In this document: one piece after another, positions 43,858 through 53,629 of the stretch
Position numbering within the stretch: position 1 is the first letter of the stretch
Layout: the number at the start of each line of letters is the position of its first letter
Assembly: GCA_019689655.1 (NCBI GenBank)
Contig: JADGHC010000001.1
Span: 1-58,790 of the forward strand
Origin: Microbispora sp.
GTDB taxonomy: Bacteria > Actinomycetota > Actinomycetes > Streptosporangiales > Streptosporangiaceae
Length of the DNA: 58,790 nt
Direction: 5' to 3'
Notes under the pieces: generated by a model
What the model saw: the letters and a program-made list of their open reading frames with translations, nothing else
The model's database searches: none
Told to the model about the DNA's origin: nothing
Translations under genes and position numbers: made by a program

Positions 43858-45282
43858 TCACGCCCCGGGGCCGAGCCGCACCGCATGCTTCCGCACCTCC
43901 CGGACATCGGCTCTGGTGTGCTCGTGTCCGATCTGCTCTCTTTCGTCCGGGCCGGGACCCGGCTCGGAGAGCGTGGGGGAGGCAAGCCCCTTCCGCCGGT
44001 CCACCAGGCCGGACAGAAGGTCCTCCCAGCGGGCGCCGATGACGTCGAGGTCGTAGCGTGCGGCCGTCTCCAGCGCGTTGGCGCCCATCCGCCGCCGCAG
44101 CTCCTCGTCCTCGATGAGCGTGCAGATGGCGTCGGCCATCGCGTGGATCTTCTCGGGTTTAACCAGCAGGCCGTCGTGACCGTGGCTGATCATCTCCTTG
44201 GGGCCGGTCGGGCAGTCGTAGCTGACGACCGGCAGGCCCTTGCTCATCGCCTCCAGGATGACCATCGGCATGCCCTCGTGGCGGGAGCTCAGCACGAACA
44301 TCGAGGCGTCCGCGAGAACGGCGCCGACGTCCTCGGCCGGGCCTTCGAGGAACACTCTCCCGGCGAGCCCGCGCTTGTCGATCGACGCCTGGAGCTTGTC
44401 CTGCCGGGGGCCGTCGCCGTAGATCCGCAGGGTCCAGTCCGGGTGCCGCTGCGCCACGTGCGCCCATGCGCGGATGAGCAGGTCGTGGCCCTTGCCCCAG
44501 GTCAGGCGGCCGGCGGTGACGACGGTCTTCGACGTGAGCGGCGAGATGCCGCCGCCGAGGCGGGGCGTCGCGTTGGGCACCTGGGTAAGCACGGCGGGGC
44601 GGTTCCCGCGCGCCTTCTCGAAGGACCGCTCATAGGCGCGCAGATCGGCCCGCGTGAGGGTGACGACCGCGTCGTGCCTGCCGTACCTGTGGATGATCTG
44701 CTTGCGTACCAGCGGCTGATGCGAGGACAGGTTCCCGTGCTCCTGCGCGACCGTGATGATCTCCGGAGGGGCGAAGCGCGCGGCGATCAGGTTCAGGCCG
44801 GGCCGGGTCCCGATGAGGATGCCGCGGCGGCGGGAGCGGATGTAGCGCACCAGCTTGAGATCGGTGCGCAGGGTGAACCAGTGGTAGGCCGCCTCGTCCT
44901 TCGGCACCAGCCTGCTCGGGAACCGGGACAGCAGGCCCTTGCGGCGGGGCAGCCGGTCGTCGAGATATCGGATGCGCACCCCGGGCGGGACGGGAAGAAA
45001 AGGCTGGTCGCGCTCCCGTACGACGCTCACGATTTCGACATCGTGGCTGCGCGCGAGATATCCGGCGAGGTTGAAGACGGTCCGGATCGTGCCGCCCATG
45101 CCGTTGGCGTGCAGCAGCAGGATGCGGATTTCGTGGCCGTCCGGCGGCGGTGCCGACCGGGCGCGCCGCCGGTCACGGGCCTCCAACGCCCATATGACGG
45201 TTCTGGCCGCTTTTCTGGTTAATTTCCTGGCGGCTTTCCCGGCAATCGTCCGGCGGAGAGAAAACAGAGGAGACATGGTCAT
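43858..45282 (-). CDS. GT4 family glycosyltransferase
   Basis: AGRLTWGKG and SRHEGMPMVILEAM. Confidence 0.9.
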   Translation of the reverse strand: MTMSPLFSLRRTIAGKAARKLTRKAARTVIWALEARDRRRARSAPPPDGHEIRILLLHANGMGGTIRTVFNLAGYLARSHDVEIVSVVRERDQPFLPVPPGVRIRYLDDRLPRRKGLLSRFPSRLVPKDEAAYHWFTLRTDLKLVRYIRSRRRGILIGTRPGLNLIAARFAPPEIITVAQEHGNLSSHQPLVRKQIIHRYGRHDAVVTLTRADLRAYERSFEKARGNRPAVLTQVPNATPRLGGGISPLTSKTVVTAGRLTWGKGHDLLIRAWAHVAQRHPDWTLRIYGDGPRQDKLQASIDKRGLAGRVFLEGPAEDVGAVLADASMFVLSSRHEGMPMVILEAMSKGLPVVSYDCPTGPKEMISHGHDGLLVKPEKIHAMADAICTLIEDEELRRRMGANALETAARYDLDVIGARWEDLLSGLVDRRKGLASPTLSEPGPGPDEREQIGHEHTRADVREVRKHAVRLGPGA

Positions 45283-45356
45283 GCCCCCCTTTCATGTCAG
45301 TTGAAGATCCCCTCCCCCTAGACGTGAATCGGTGGCTTATCGTTGTGTGACGTCAC

Positions 45357-46004
45357 TCACATGGCGGCCGAGAGGCGATAAATGGTTGTCCGCTTTCTGG
45401 GGGTGTCCTCCAGCGAGGCGGGCACCTGGTGCACGCCGACCGGCTCGAACAGCCCTTCCGGGAGGTAGCAGCAGGCGCGGTCGGGCACGCCGACGAGGAC
45501 GTCGCCGCCCGCCCGGGACAAGAACGGAGTGACCCGCCGGGCCAGCGGCTCCTCGTAGTAGACGTCCCCGGCCAGCACGACCTGCTGGGACGGCGCTCCG
45601 TCGAGCAGGTCGCCCCCGGCGATCCGGACCGTGACGCCGTTGGCGCGGGCGTTCAGCTCGACCGCCGCGAGCGCGTACGGATCGACGTCGTTGGCGACGA
45701 CGAGGGCGGCCCCGGCCAGCGCCGCGGCGACCGCGACCAACCCCGAGCCGGTGGCGAGGTCGAGCACGGTACGGCCCCGCACGATCTCGGGGTGGTCGAG
45801 CACGTGGCGGGCCAGCGCCTGCCCGCCGGCCCAGGGAAAGGCCCAGAAGGGCAGCCGCCCGGCGCGCTCCCACAGCTCGTACACGCCCTCGTCCGAGCCC
45901 GGCACGGCGCCCGGCGTGATCAGATGCAGCCGTATCTCCGGCACGTACGGCACGGCCGCGAGCCTGGTGTGCGCACGGACAAAGTCCCCGGCGTCGTCCC
46001 CCAC
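45357..46004 (-). CDS. Class I SAM methyltransferase (PrmA/METTL20-like)
   Basis: PFWAFPWAGGQALAR, VLDLATGSG and AGDVYYE. Confidence 0.85.
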   Translation of the reverse strand: MGDDAGDFVRAHTRLAAVPYVPEIRLHLITPGAVPGSDEGVYELWERAGRLPFWAFPWAGGQALARHVLDHPEIVRGRTVLDLATGSGLVAVAAALAGAALVVANDVDPYALAAVELNARANGVTVRIAGGDLLDGAPSQQVVLAGDVYYEEPLARRVTPFLSRAGGDVLVGVPDRACCYLPEGLFEPVGVHQVPASLEDTPRKRTTIYRLSAAM

Positions 46005-46084
46005 GCCCGCCGATCGTATCCGCAGGCCGGTCCGGGGTGCCGCGCATTCTCGCCCGGCACGGGTTTCCCGGTCCGGCCCGTTTT

Positions 46085-46244
46085 CCCGGCTCCGCCGGTT
46101 GCGTCACGAGGCCGGAACCAGCCGCTTTCACCGGGTGCACCGCCACACCGAAGCCGGCTGGCTCCATATTCCGGGCCGGCGGGACCGTTCCCCGGCTCCG
46201 CCGGTTGCACCGCCACACCGAAGCCGCCCGGCTCCACCGGCTGC
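46085..46244. repeat. Mosaic intergenic direct repeats (REP/BIME-like)
   Basis: CCCGGCTCCRCCGGYTGC at 46085, 46191 and 46227; TGCACCGCCACACCGAAGCCG at 46136 and 46206. Confidence 0.7.
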
Positions 46245-46386
46245 GTCGCTCGACAGGGCCGGCCACCCCGCCACCTCATTCCGACCTAAACGCCGCCCGG
46301 CGGCTCGGCGGTCGGGTTCCCGTGTGCGGACCGTGCACGATCTGCGCTGCGGTCTGCGCGAGGCTGCGGTCTGGTTGAGGGGGCCG

Positions 46387-47448
46387 CTAAAGGAGAGTGA
46401 GCTGTTCCGGCGTCATGGCCGGTGCGGGCGGAGACGCCGGGCGCGGATCGGACCGGTGGCCCCGGGCGCCGGGCGGGGCCGGCCGGCCGACGCCGTGCCG
46501 GCGGGCGAGCGCGCGCACGGTCTGGCCGATGCGTTCCTGGTACGCCTTGGGGGCATAGGCGCCCCGGCCGTACAGCTCGAGGTAGCGGGGGACGAGCCGG
46601 GGATGCTCGCGGGACAGCCACGCCATGAACCACTCGCGCGCGCCCGGCCGGAGATGGAGCACGATCGGCGTGACATACGTCGCGCCGGCCTCGGCGATGC
46701 GGCGCACGGTGGTCTCCAGCGCCTGCGGGGAGTCGGAGAGATAGGGGAGGATCGGCGCCATCAGCACGCCGCACGGGATGCCGTGCGCGTTCAGCGTGGC
46801 GCACACTTCGAGGCGTTTGCGCGGCGAGGGGGTGCCCGGCTCGACGGCCCGCCACAGCGACTCGTCGGTGAACCCCACCGAGACCGCCGTGCTCACATCG
46901 GTCACCTCGGCCGCCTCGGCGAGCAGCCCGAGGTCGCGCAGGATCAGCGAGCCCTTGGTGAGGATCGAGAACGGATTGCGGGCGTCGCGCAGGGCGGCGA
47001 GGATGCCCGGCATCAGCCGGTAGCGTCCCTCGGCCCGCTGGTAGCAGTCGACGTTGGTGCCCATCGCGATGGGGTGCCCGCCCCACCGGGGCGCCGCCAG
47101 CTCCCTACGGACCAGTTCGGGGGCGTTGACCTTCACGACGATCTTCGAGTCGAAGTCCCGCCCGGAGTCCAGGTCGAGGTATTCGTGGCTCTTGCGGGCG
47201 AAGCAGTACCTGCACGCGTGGGTGCAGCCGCGGTAGGGGTTGATCGTCCACTCGAACGGCACCCGGCTGGCCGCGGGAACCCGGTTGATGATCGAGCGGG
47301 CGTGGATCTCGTAGAACGTAACGCCCCGGAACTCGGGGGTGTCGAAGGTCCTCGCCACGGCCGACCGGGCGAACAGCGGAGCAGGCTCCCCCTGGCCGCC
47401 GTCGCCCGTGCCGATGCCCCCGTCGAGGCGCAGCGCGTCCCATCGCAC
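46387..47448 (-). CDS. Rv2578c-family radical SAM protein (SplB-related)
   Basis: NPYRGCTHACRYCFAR (CxxxCxxC) and MGTNVDCYQRAEG. Confidence 0.92.
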   Translation of the reverse strand: MRWDALRLDGGIGTGDGGQGEPAPLFARSAVARTFDTPEFRGVTFYEIHARSIINRVPAASRVPFEWTINPYRGCTHACRYCFARKSHEYLDLDSGRDFDSKIVVKVNAPELVRRELAAPRWGGHPIAMGTNVDCYQRAEGRYRLMPGILAALRDARNPFSILTKGSLILRDLGLLAEAAEVTDVSTAVSVGFTDESLWRAVEPGTPSPRKRLEVCATLNAHGIPCGVLMAPILPYLSDSPQALETTVRRIAEAGATYVTPIVLHLRPGAREWFMAWLSREHPRLVPRYLELYGRGAYAPKAYQERIGQTVRALARRHGVGRPAPPGARGHRSDPRPASPPAPAMTPEQLTLL

Positions 47449-47456
47449 CGTTCAAT

Positions 47457-47472
47457 TAGAACACAGGTTCGA
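47457..47472. promoter_or_regulatory. LexA (SOS) box
   Basis: TAGAAC-ACAG-GTTCGA, one mismatch to actinobacterial TCGAAC-N4-GTTCGA, 8 bp from the start of the radical SAM gene. Confidence 0.8.
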
Positions 47473-47583
47473 TGGAGATCGCAATGTACAACCCGTCGTA
47501 AATCGCGGCTCAGGAAACGGCTAACGATCTTCATGGTTGGGGAGAACGTCGGCACATACCTTGCGTTCTGGGAGAGTTGCGCG

Positions 47584-47838
47584 ATGGCCTGGTCGCAGGA
47601 CGAAGAGCGGATGCTGGCGATGATCGAGCGGCACCTCATCGATGAGGACCCCAAGCTTGCGGCGAGGATCGAGTCGTTCAACCAGCGTGCGGCGCGCGGG
47701 CAGGAGCGGGGCACGGGCCGCCGCCGGCCCGGCCGCTCCACGGTGATCATCGCGGTGAGCTGGCTGCTGATCGCCACGTTGATCGCGACGCTGCTGGTCA
47801 TGGCTCTGCGGCACGACGCCGCGGCCCTTCCGCTCTGA
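47584..47838 (+). CDS. DUF3040-like small membrane protein
   Basis: SQDEERMLAMIERHLIDEDPKLA plus C-terminal TM helix. Confidence 0.75.
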   Translation: MAWSQDEERMLAMIERHLIDEDPKLAARIESFNQRAARGQERGTGRRRPGRSTVIIAVSWLLIATLIATLLVMALRHDAAALPL

Positions 47839-48034
47839 CGGTTCCCGGGACCTCACCGGGTACGGAACCCTCGCGTGTGATCCCGGCCGGCCGGTGAGCG
47901 GCGTGGACCGTGACGCCCCGGCGGCAGGCGTCACGAGCCTCCGCGTTGGCCGCCGGGACCTCCGCGCGCTCGCGCTCGGCGCCGTGCACGGCCATCGCCC
48001 GGCCGCGTCGGCGCACCATCCGCGGCAGGGCTTT

Positions 48035-48103
48035 TTCGTCCATCGCGTTCGTCCATCGCGCCGGCCCGGTGGAGGGCACGGCCGGTGGAGGGCACGGCCG
48101 GTG
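48035..48103. repeat. Two adjacent perfect tandem duplications (13 bp and 16 bp)
   Basis: TTCGTCCATCGCG x2 (48035-48060); CCGGTGGAGGGCACGG x2 plus a partial copy (48066-48103). Confidence 0.8.
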
Positions 48104-48145
48104 CGGTGCGGGGAACCCCGGCGATGCCCCGGCCCGCCCCGGGCC

Positions 48146-49768
48146 TCAGGACAGGGCCTTGAGGAAGCGCGCGGCGACCGGGGCGGCCACCTCGCCGCCC
48201 ATGCCGCCGCCCTCCACGACGACGGCGAAGGCCAGGTCGCCGCGGAAGCCCATGAACCAGGCGTGCGAGTCGAGTTTGGGGCCGGTGCCGAACTCGGCGG
48301 TCCCGGTCTTGCCCGCCGTACCCGCGGGCAGCCCGGCGGCGTGGGCGGTGCCCTTGGTCACGACCGCCCGCATCATCGACCGCAGGCCCTCGACGACCCC
48401 GTCGGGCAGCTTCTTGGGAGCGATCTTCTGCTTCATCGACGGCACCAGCGTGGGCGGCCGCCAGGAGCCGTCGGCCACCGCCGCGGCCACCGTCGCGATC
48501 ACCAGCGGGCTGGCGGTGATCCTGGCCTGCCCGAACGCCTCCGCGGCCAGTTCGGCGTCGCTGGTGGCCTTCGGCATGCTGCCGGGGGTCGCCGGGACGC
48601 CGATGCGCAGCGGCTGGTTGAAGCCCAGGTCCGTCGCCATGTCGTACAGCTTGCGCGCACCCAGCTTCTGCGCGGCGAGCGGGGCGAACGTGGTGTTGCA
48701 CGAATGGGCGTAGGAGTCGAGGAACGAGAGCGATCCGAACGCCTCGTGGTCGGAGTTGCGGATCTTCAGCCCGCCGACGGTCACCTCTTCCGGGCAGGTC
48801 ACCCGGCTCGACGGGGTCAGGCCCTCGGCCAGCAGCCCGGCCGCCGTGACGGTCTTGAACGTGGACCCCGGGGGATACCTGCCGTCCAGCGCGCGGTTGA
48901 AACCGCCCCTGTTGTTGACGACGGCGAGGATCTCGCCCGTCGAGGGTCTGATGGCGACGAGCGAGGCGGGTTTGTCCAGATCGCGCACCGCGTCGGCGGC
49001 GGCGTTCTGCACCTTGAGGTCGAGGCTGGTCCGCAGTTCCCTGCCGGGGGAGCCCTTGACGGTGTGCAGGGTCTTGCGGCCGTCGCCCACCACCTGGATC
49101 TCGGTCGTGGGGGTGCCCGCGAGCTGCTTCTGGAACGTCTCCTGCAGGCCGCCGCGCCCCACGGCGTCGCCTTTCTTATAGGCGCTGCCCAGCTTCTCGA
49201 CGTCCTTGGCCGTGGCCTTGTCGAGGTAGCCGACGAGCTGCTGCACCGAGCCGCCCACGTCGCCGCCGTCGATGCGGTCGCCGTTGGCGTCGGTGATCGG
49301 CGCCCGCTGCGGCCACGTCGTCTTCAGCGCCAGGTGGTTGGTCCCGTTCAGCGCCGGGTGCACCGCGGACGGCGACCAGTCGACCTTCCAGTAGTGGTCC
49401 TTGACCACCAGCGCGAGCGAGCCCTTGTAGGTCCAGTCGCCGACGTTCTTCACGGTCGCGGTGGCGGTGAAGGTGGCGGTCGCCCTGTCGTCCTTGGCCG
49501 CCCCGGCCCGTACGTCGCGGATGGCGACCTTCGCCACTCCGAGGTTCTTGGTGAGTTCGGCGTACGCGGCGTCGAAGCCGGGAGCGGGGGAGGCGAGCTC
49601 GGCCTTCATCGCGGCGAAGTCGCCCCGGGACCACGCGGCGGTGAAGCGTGCCGCCGTCTCCTGCGGCGTGCCGCGCGTGTGCAGCACGTAGTAGGCGCCG
49701 CCTGCCGCGGCCCCCGCCAGGACGACGGCCACCGCGGCCGAGATCGCGACAGTACGTCCTCGTGGCAC
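48146..49768 (-). CDS. Class B penicillin-binding protein with NTF2-like (MecA_N) domain
   Basis: N-terminal TM segment; STFK, SCN and KTG motifs. Confidence 0.9.
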   Translation of the reverse strand: MPRGRTVAISAAVAVVLAGAAAGGAYYVLHTRGTPQETAARFTAAWSRGDFAAMKAELASPAPGFDAAYAELTKNLGVAKVAIRDVRAGAAKDDRATATFTATATVKNVGDWTYKGSLALVVKDHYWKVDWSPSAVHPALNGTNHLALKTTWPQRAPITDANGDRIDGGDVGGSVQQLVGYLDKATAKDVEKLGSAYKKGDAVGRGGLQETFQKQLAGTPTTEIQVVGDGRKTLHTVKGSPGRELRTSLDLKVQNAAADAVRDLDKPASLVAIRPSTGEILAVVNNRGGFNRALDGRYPPGSTFKTVTAAGLLAEGLTPSSRVTCPEEVTVGGLKIRNSDHEAFGSLSFLDSYAHSCNTTFAPLAAQKLGARKLYDMATDLGFNQPLRIGVPATPGSMPKATSDAELAAEAFGQARITASPLVIATVAAAVADGSWRPPTLVPSMKQKIAPKKLPDGVVEGLRSMMRAVVTKGTAHAAGLPAGTAGKTGTAEFGTGPKLDSHAWFMGFRGDLAFAVVVEGGGMGGEVAAPVAARFLKALS

Positions 49769-49827
49769 GCGTACCCCCAATGACGGCCCTGTGGTCGGGA
49801 CCAGAGCCTAGCGGGGGGAGTCGTCGT

Positions 49828-50490
49828 TCACACTCCGGCTCCGCCGGCCTCCTTGACGCTGGCGCCGTACCGGGGGACGTACTCCTGGCCGGACAGACGC
49901 TGGATCGCGGCCATGATCTCGTCGGTCACCCGCCGCCGGTCCCGGGCGCTGCCCGGGTCGCCGGTGAAGGTCATCGGCTCGCCGAAGCGTACGCCGATGC
50001 GGTGCAGGCGGGGCACCGACGCACCGGGCGGCAGCACCTTCTCGGTGCCGAGCATGGCGACGGGCACGACCGGGGCGCCGGTGGTCAGCGTGAGCCAGGC
50101 CACGCCGACCTTCCCCCGGTACAGCCGGCCGTCGGGGGAGCGGGTGCCCTCGGGATAGATGCCGAACAGCTCGCCCGCCTTGAGCACCTCCACCGCGGCG
50201 TCGAGCATGGACTGGGCGGCGGCGACGTTCGCCCGGTCGATCTCCATGGCGCCCATCGCGCGCATCCACGCGGCCACGAGCCGGTTGCCGGTGAAGTACT
50301 CCTTCTTCGCCACGAACCGCACCATCCGCGGCACCACGGCCGGCATGAAGAACGAGTCGAGGACGGACAGGTGGTTGGACGCGAGGATCGCGGGCCCGTG
50401 CGCGGGAACGTGCTCGCGTCCCTCCGTCCGCGGCCGCCACAGCGCGTGCATGATGGGGACGCTGACGAACTTCAGGGCGGGGTAGAGCAC
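49828..50490 (-). CDS. 1-acyl-sn-glycerol-3-phosphate acyltransferase (PlsC family)
   Basis: NHLSVLD and YPEGTRS motifs. Confidence 0.9.
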   Translation of the reverse strand: MLYPALKFVSVPIMHALWRPRTEGREHVPAHGPAILASNHLSVLDSFFMPAVVPRMVRFVAKKEYFTGNRLVAAWMRAMGAMEIDRANVAAAQSMLDAAVEVLKAGELFGIYPEGTRSPDGRLYRGKVGVAWLTLTTGAPVVPVAMLGTEKVLPPGASVPRLHRIGVRFGEPMTFTGDPGSARDRRRVTDEIMAAIQRLSGQEYVPRYGASVKEAGGAGV

Positions 50491-50605
50491 GGCCTCTCCT
50501 TCTCCAGTCCGACGGACATACCCTAGGCCGACCAGACCCCCGTACAGGTGTATGACCCCTGCAACACACTCTCCTGTGTTTTGTACGGCTTCACCAACAC
50601 TTCGT

Positions 50606-50625
50606 TGTGCCTACTAGTATGTACA
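50606..50625. promoter_or_regulatory. TetR-type operator palindrome overlapping the tetR start
   Basis: TGTGCCTACTAGTATGTACA near-palindrome. Confidence 0.6.
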
Positions 50626-51185
50626 GCGTGAGCACGCAGGACCGCCTGATCGAGAGCACCCGGGAACTGCTGTGGGAGCGCGGCTACGTGGGAACCAGCC
50701 CGCGGGCGATCCAGCAGCGGGCGGGAGCCGGGCAAGGCAGCATGTACCACCACTTCTCCGGCAAGCACGACCTCGCGCTCGCCGCGATCTGCCGTACGGC
50801 GGAGGAGCTGCGCGCCGAGGTGGAGGAGATCCTGAGCGGCCCGGGCACGGCGCTCGAACGCGTGTCGGCCTACCTGCGGCGCGAGCGGGAGGTGCTGCGG
50901 GGCTGCCCCGTCGGCAGGCTCACCCAGGACCCCGAGATCGTGGCCGATCCGGCGCTGCGGCGGCCGGTGGAGGAGACGTTCACGTGGCTGCGCGCCCGGC
51001 TCGCGGCGGTGCTGGCCGAGGGGAGGGACCGGGGCGAGCTCTCCGCCGCCCTCGACCCCGGAACCACCGCCGCGACGATCACGGCGGCGCTGCAGGGCGG
51101 GTACGTCCTGGCCCGCGCGGCCGGCTCGCCCGAGCCGTTCCATGAGGCCGTCGACGGGATGCTCGCCCTGCTGTCCCGCGCCTGA
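50619..51185 (+). CDS. TetR/AcrR-family regulator
   Basis: GYVGTSPRAIQQRAGAGQGSMYHHF and GCPVG. Confidence 0.9.
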   Translation: MYSVSTQDRLIESTRELLWERGYVGTSPRAIQQRAGAGQGSMYHHFSGKHDLALAAICRTAEELRAEVEEILSGPGTALERVSAYLRREREVLRGCPVGRLTQDPEIVADPALRRPVEETFTWLRARLAAVLAEGRDRGELSAALDPGTTAATITAALQGGYVLARAAGSPEPFHEAVDGMLALLSRA

Positions 51186-51560
51186 CCCGCCGAGGGCGGA
51201 CCTGCCCGGCGGCCGGGCCTGGTGAAACCGCGGGAGGACGGTCGCCCGCAGGGCCCTTGCGTGACCGCGGGCGGCCGGGCCGGCGCCGCTCCCGAGGTGC
51301 CGGAAAGACGGCGCCCCGCGAGAGCGAGTCTCGCGGGGCGCCCACGTCGAGGGCCGATGTGGCGGTCGCCTCCTCGGCGAGAGGCACAACACGGCTCCAG
51401 CCGAACGGTATTCCGTGAAGGCGGTGATTGAGGCCCGGGGGACACAAACCACATCGGCCATGAACGACTTTAGCCGACTTCCACCTCTGCTTTCTCCCGC
51501 ACACCTCATCGGGGTCCGTCATCGGCGGCTCAAGCCCGCTTGCACTATCGTCGGCAGGTG

Positions 51561-52094
51561 ATGCGTTCGATCAAGACACAACGGCTTGTGCTGCGGCGCT
51601 GGCGCGAGGAGGACAAGGAGCCCTTCGCCGCGATGAACGCCGACCCGGTCGTCATGGAGCACTTCCCCGCCCCGCTCACCCGGGAGGAGAGCGACACGCT
51701 CGCCGAGCGCGCCGACGCCCTGTTCGACGAGCACGGGTTCGGCCTGTGGGCGGTCGAGGCGGACGGGGAGTTCATCGGCTTCACCGGGCTGTCGGTCCCG
51801 AGGTTCACCGCCCACTTCACGCCGTGCGTGGAAATCGGCTGGCGGCTCGCCCGCTCGGCCTGGGGGCGGGGGTACGCCACGGAGGCGGCGCGTGCGGCGC
51901 TGGAGGACGGGTTCGCCCGGGCCGGGCTGACCGAGGCGGTGTCGTTCACGGCGGTCACGAACGTCCGCTCCCAGGCGGTCATGCGGCGGCTCGGGATGAC
52001 CCGGGACCCCGCCGACGACTTCGACCACCCGGCGCTGCCCGAGGGACACCGGCTGCGCCGGCACGTCCTGTATCGGATCCGGCGGCGAGGATGA
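51561..52094 (+). CDS. GNAT N-acetyltransferase (RimJ/RimL type)
   Basis: TQRLVLRRW, EIGWRL..SAWGRGYATEAA and NVRSQAVMRRLG. Confidence 0.9.
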   Translation: MRSIKTQRLVLRRWREEDKEPFAAMNADPVVMEHFPAPLTREESDTLAERADALFDEHGFGLWAVEADGEFIGFTGLSVPRFTAHFTPCVEIGWRLARSAWGRGYATEAARAALEDGFARAGLTEAVSFTAVTNVRSQAVMRRLGMTRDPADDFDHPALPEGHRLRRHVLYRIRRRG

Positions 52095-52840
52095 GCGGCA
52101 TGCGACTGCTGGTGCTGGGCGGCACGACGTTCGTCGGGCGGTGGGTGGTCACGGCCGCCGTGGAGCGCGACTGGCACGTCACCACCTTCACCCGCGGGCG
52201 CGCCGGGTGGGCGCACCCCGACGCCGAGGCGGTGATCGGCGACCGCGCCGTGCTGGCCAGGGCCGGGCTGATCCTCGGACCGCATGAGAACGCGGGACGG
52301 CTGCCGCACTGGCTGCTGCGCGCGGCGCGAGGCGGGGAGATGCTCGCCCCCGGTCCCGCCGACCAGCCGTTCCGTTACGTCGACGTACGGGACCTCGCGG
52401 CCTGGATCCTCGACGCGGCCGAGGGCGGCGTGACGGGCCCGGTCAACCTGGTCAACCCGGAGGGGCACACCACGACCCGGAATCTGCTGGAGTCCGTGGT
52501 CGCCGTCACCGGGGGGCGCGCGGAGCTGGTCTGGGTCGATCCCGAGGCGATCGAGTCCGCGGGGATCGACCGGTGGGCGGAGCTGCCGGGATGGATACCG
52601 CCCGGTCCCGAGCGGGCCGGGCTCATCCGGACCGACGTCGGCCGGGCCCTCGCGACCGGCCTGCGGTGCCGTCCGGTGGTGGAGACCGTCGCCGACACCT
52701 GGGCGTGGCTGACCGGATCGGGCGGCATCCCCGCGTCCCCGCCCGGGATCGACCCCGCCAAGGAACGGGCCGTGATCGCCGCCTGGCGGCGATCGATCGA
52801 GACGTCCCCGCCGGACGCCGGGGCGCCACCGGCCTCGTGA
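52091..52840 (+). pseudogene. NAD-dependent epimerase/reductase with in-frame internal deletion
   Basis: LVLGGTTFVG Rossmann start joined at GDR directly to AVLARAGLILGP; central region with YxxxK absent. Confidence 0.7.
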
Positions 52841-53589
52841 CGGGGCTCGGAAACGCCGCGCTGCTGGCCGCCGCCGGAGTGCTCGCCGGGCTGGTCGGCA
52901 GCGCGGGCGGCATCACGTCCCTCATCTCCTATCCGGCCCTGCTCGCGGCGGGTCTTCCCTCACTCGCGGCGAACGTGGCCAACATCGTCGCGCTCGTCGC
53001 CTGCTGGCCCGGCTCGGCGCTGGCCTCGCGGCCGGAACTGCGCGGCCGGGGGCCGTGGCTGCGGCGATGGGTGCCGCTGGCGGCGCTGGGCGGGGCCGTC
53101 GGGGCGGCGTTGCTGCTGTGGACTCCGCCGGGTGTGTTCGACCGGGTCGTGCCGTTCCTCGTGGCCGCCGGTTCGCTCGCGCTGCTCGCGCAGCCCCGGC
53201 TCACCGCACAGCACGAGCGGCGTGGCTCGCCGGACGCCGTTCTCCCCCTCGGGCTGGCCGCCCTATCGGTCTACAACGGCTATTTCGGCGCGGGATCGGG
53301 GGTGATGATCCTCACGCTCCTCCTGGTGACCGCCGAGCCGCGGCTGCCCGCCGCCAACGCGTTGAAGAACATGCTGCTCGGCGCCGGCGTGCTGGTCTCC
53401 GCCGCCGGGTTCGCCCTCTTCTGGCCGGTGGACTGGGCCGCGGTCGTCCCCCTCGCGGCGGGCCTGTTCGCGGGGTCCACGCTGGGGCCCCGGGTCGCCC
53501 GGCGCCTTCCCGCCGGGCTGCTGCGCCGGCTGGCCGCCCTGATCGGCATCGTGCTGGCGGTCCGCCTGTGGTTCGCCCCGCAGGGATGA
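52837..53589 (+). CDS. TauE/SafE (sulfite exporter) family membrane protein
   Basis: AGGITSLISYPALL, YNGYFGAGSG and ANALKN. Confidence 0.85.
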   Translation: MTGLGNAALLAAAGVLAGLVGSAGGITSLISYPALLAAGLPSLAANVANIVALVACWPGSALASRPELRGRGPWLRRWVPLAALGGAVGAALLLWTPPGVFDRVVPFLVAAGSLALLAQPRLTAQHERRGSPDAVLPLGLAALSVYNGYFGAGSGVMILTLLLVTAEPRLPAANALKNMLLGAGVLVSAAGFALFWPVDWAAVVPLAAGLFAGSTLGPRVARRLPAGLLRRLAALIGIVLAVRLWFAPQG

Positions 53590-53629
53590 CCGCCCGGGCG
53601 GCCGATCGAGAAGCCGTGGCGCGGGATCC

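Noticed and set aside
45330-45340. CGGTGGCTTAT shared with the flank of motif D
   Set aside because: Lacks the TACANTGTAAA core; an 11-bp match could be chance.
48146-49768. PBP seems to have a short dimerisation region (possible further deletion)
   Set aside because: All catalytic motifs are intact and short forms may be natural; not decidable by eye.
51408-51426. GTATTCCGTGAAGGCGGTG as a fifth motif copy
   Set aside because: Only the GC-rich tail matches; the palindromic core has too many mismatches.
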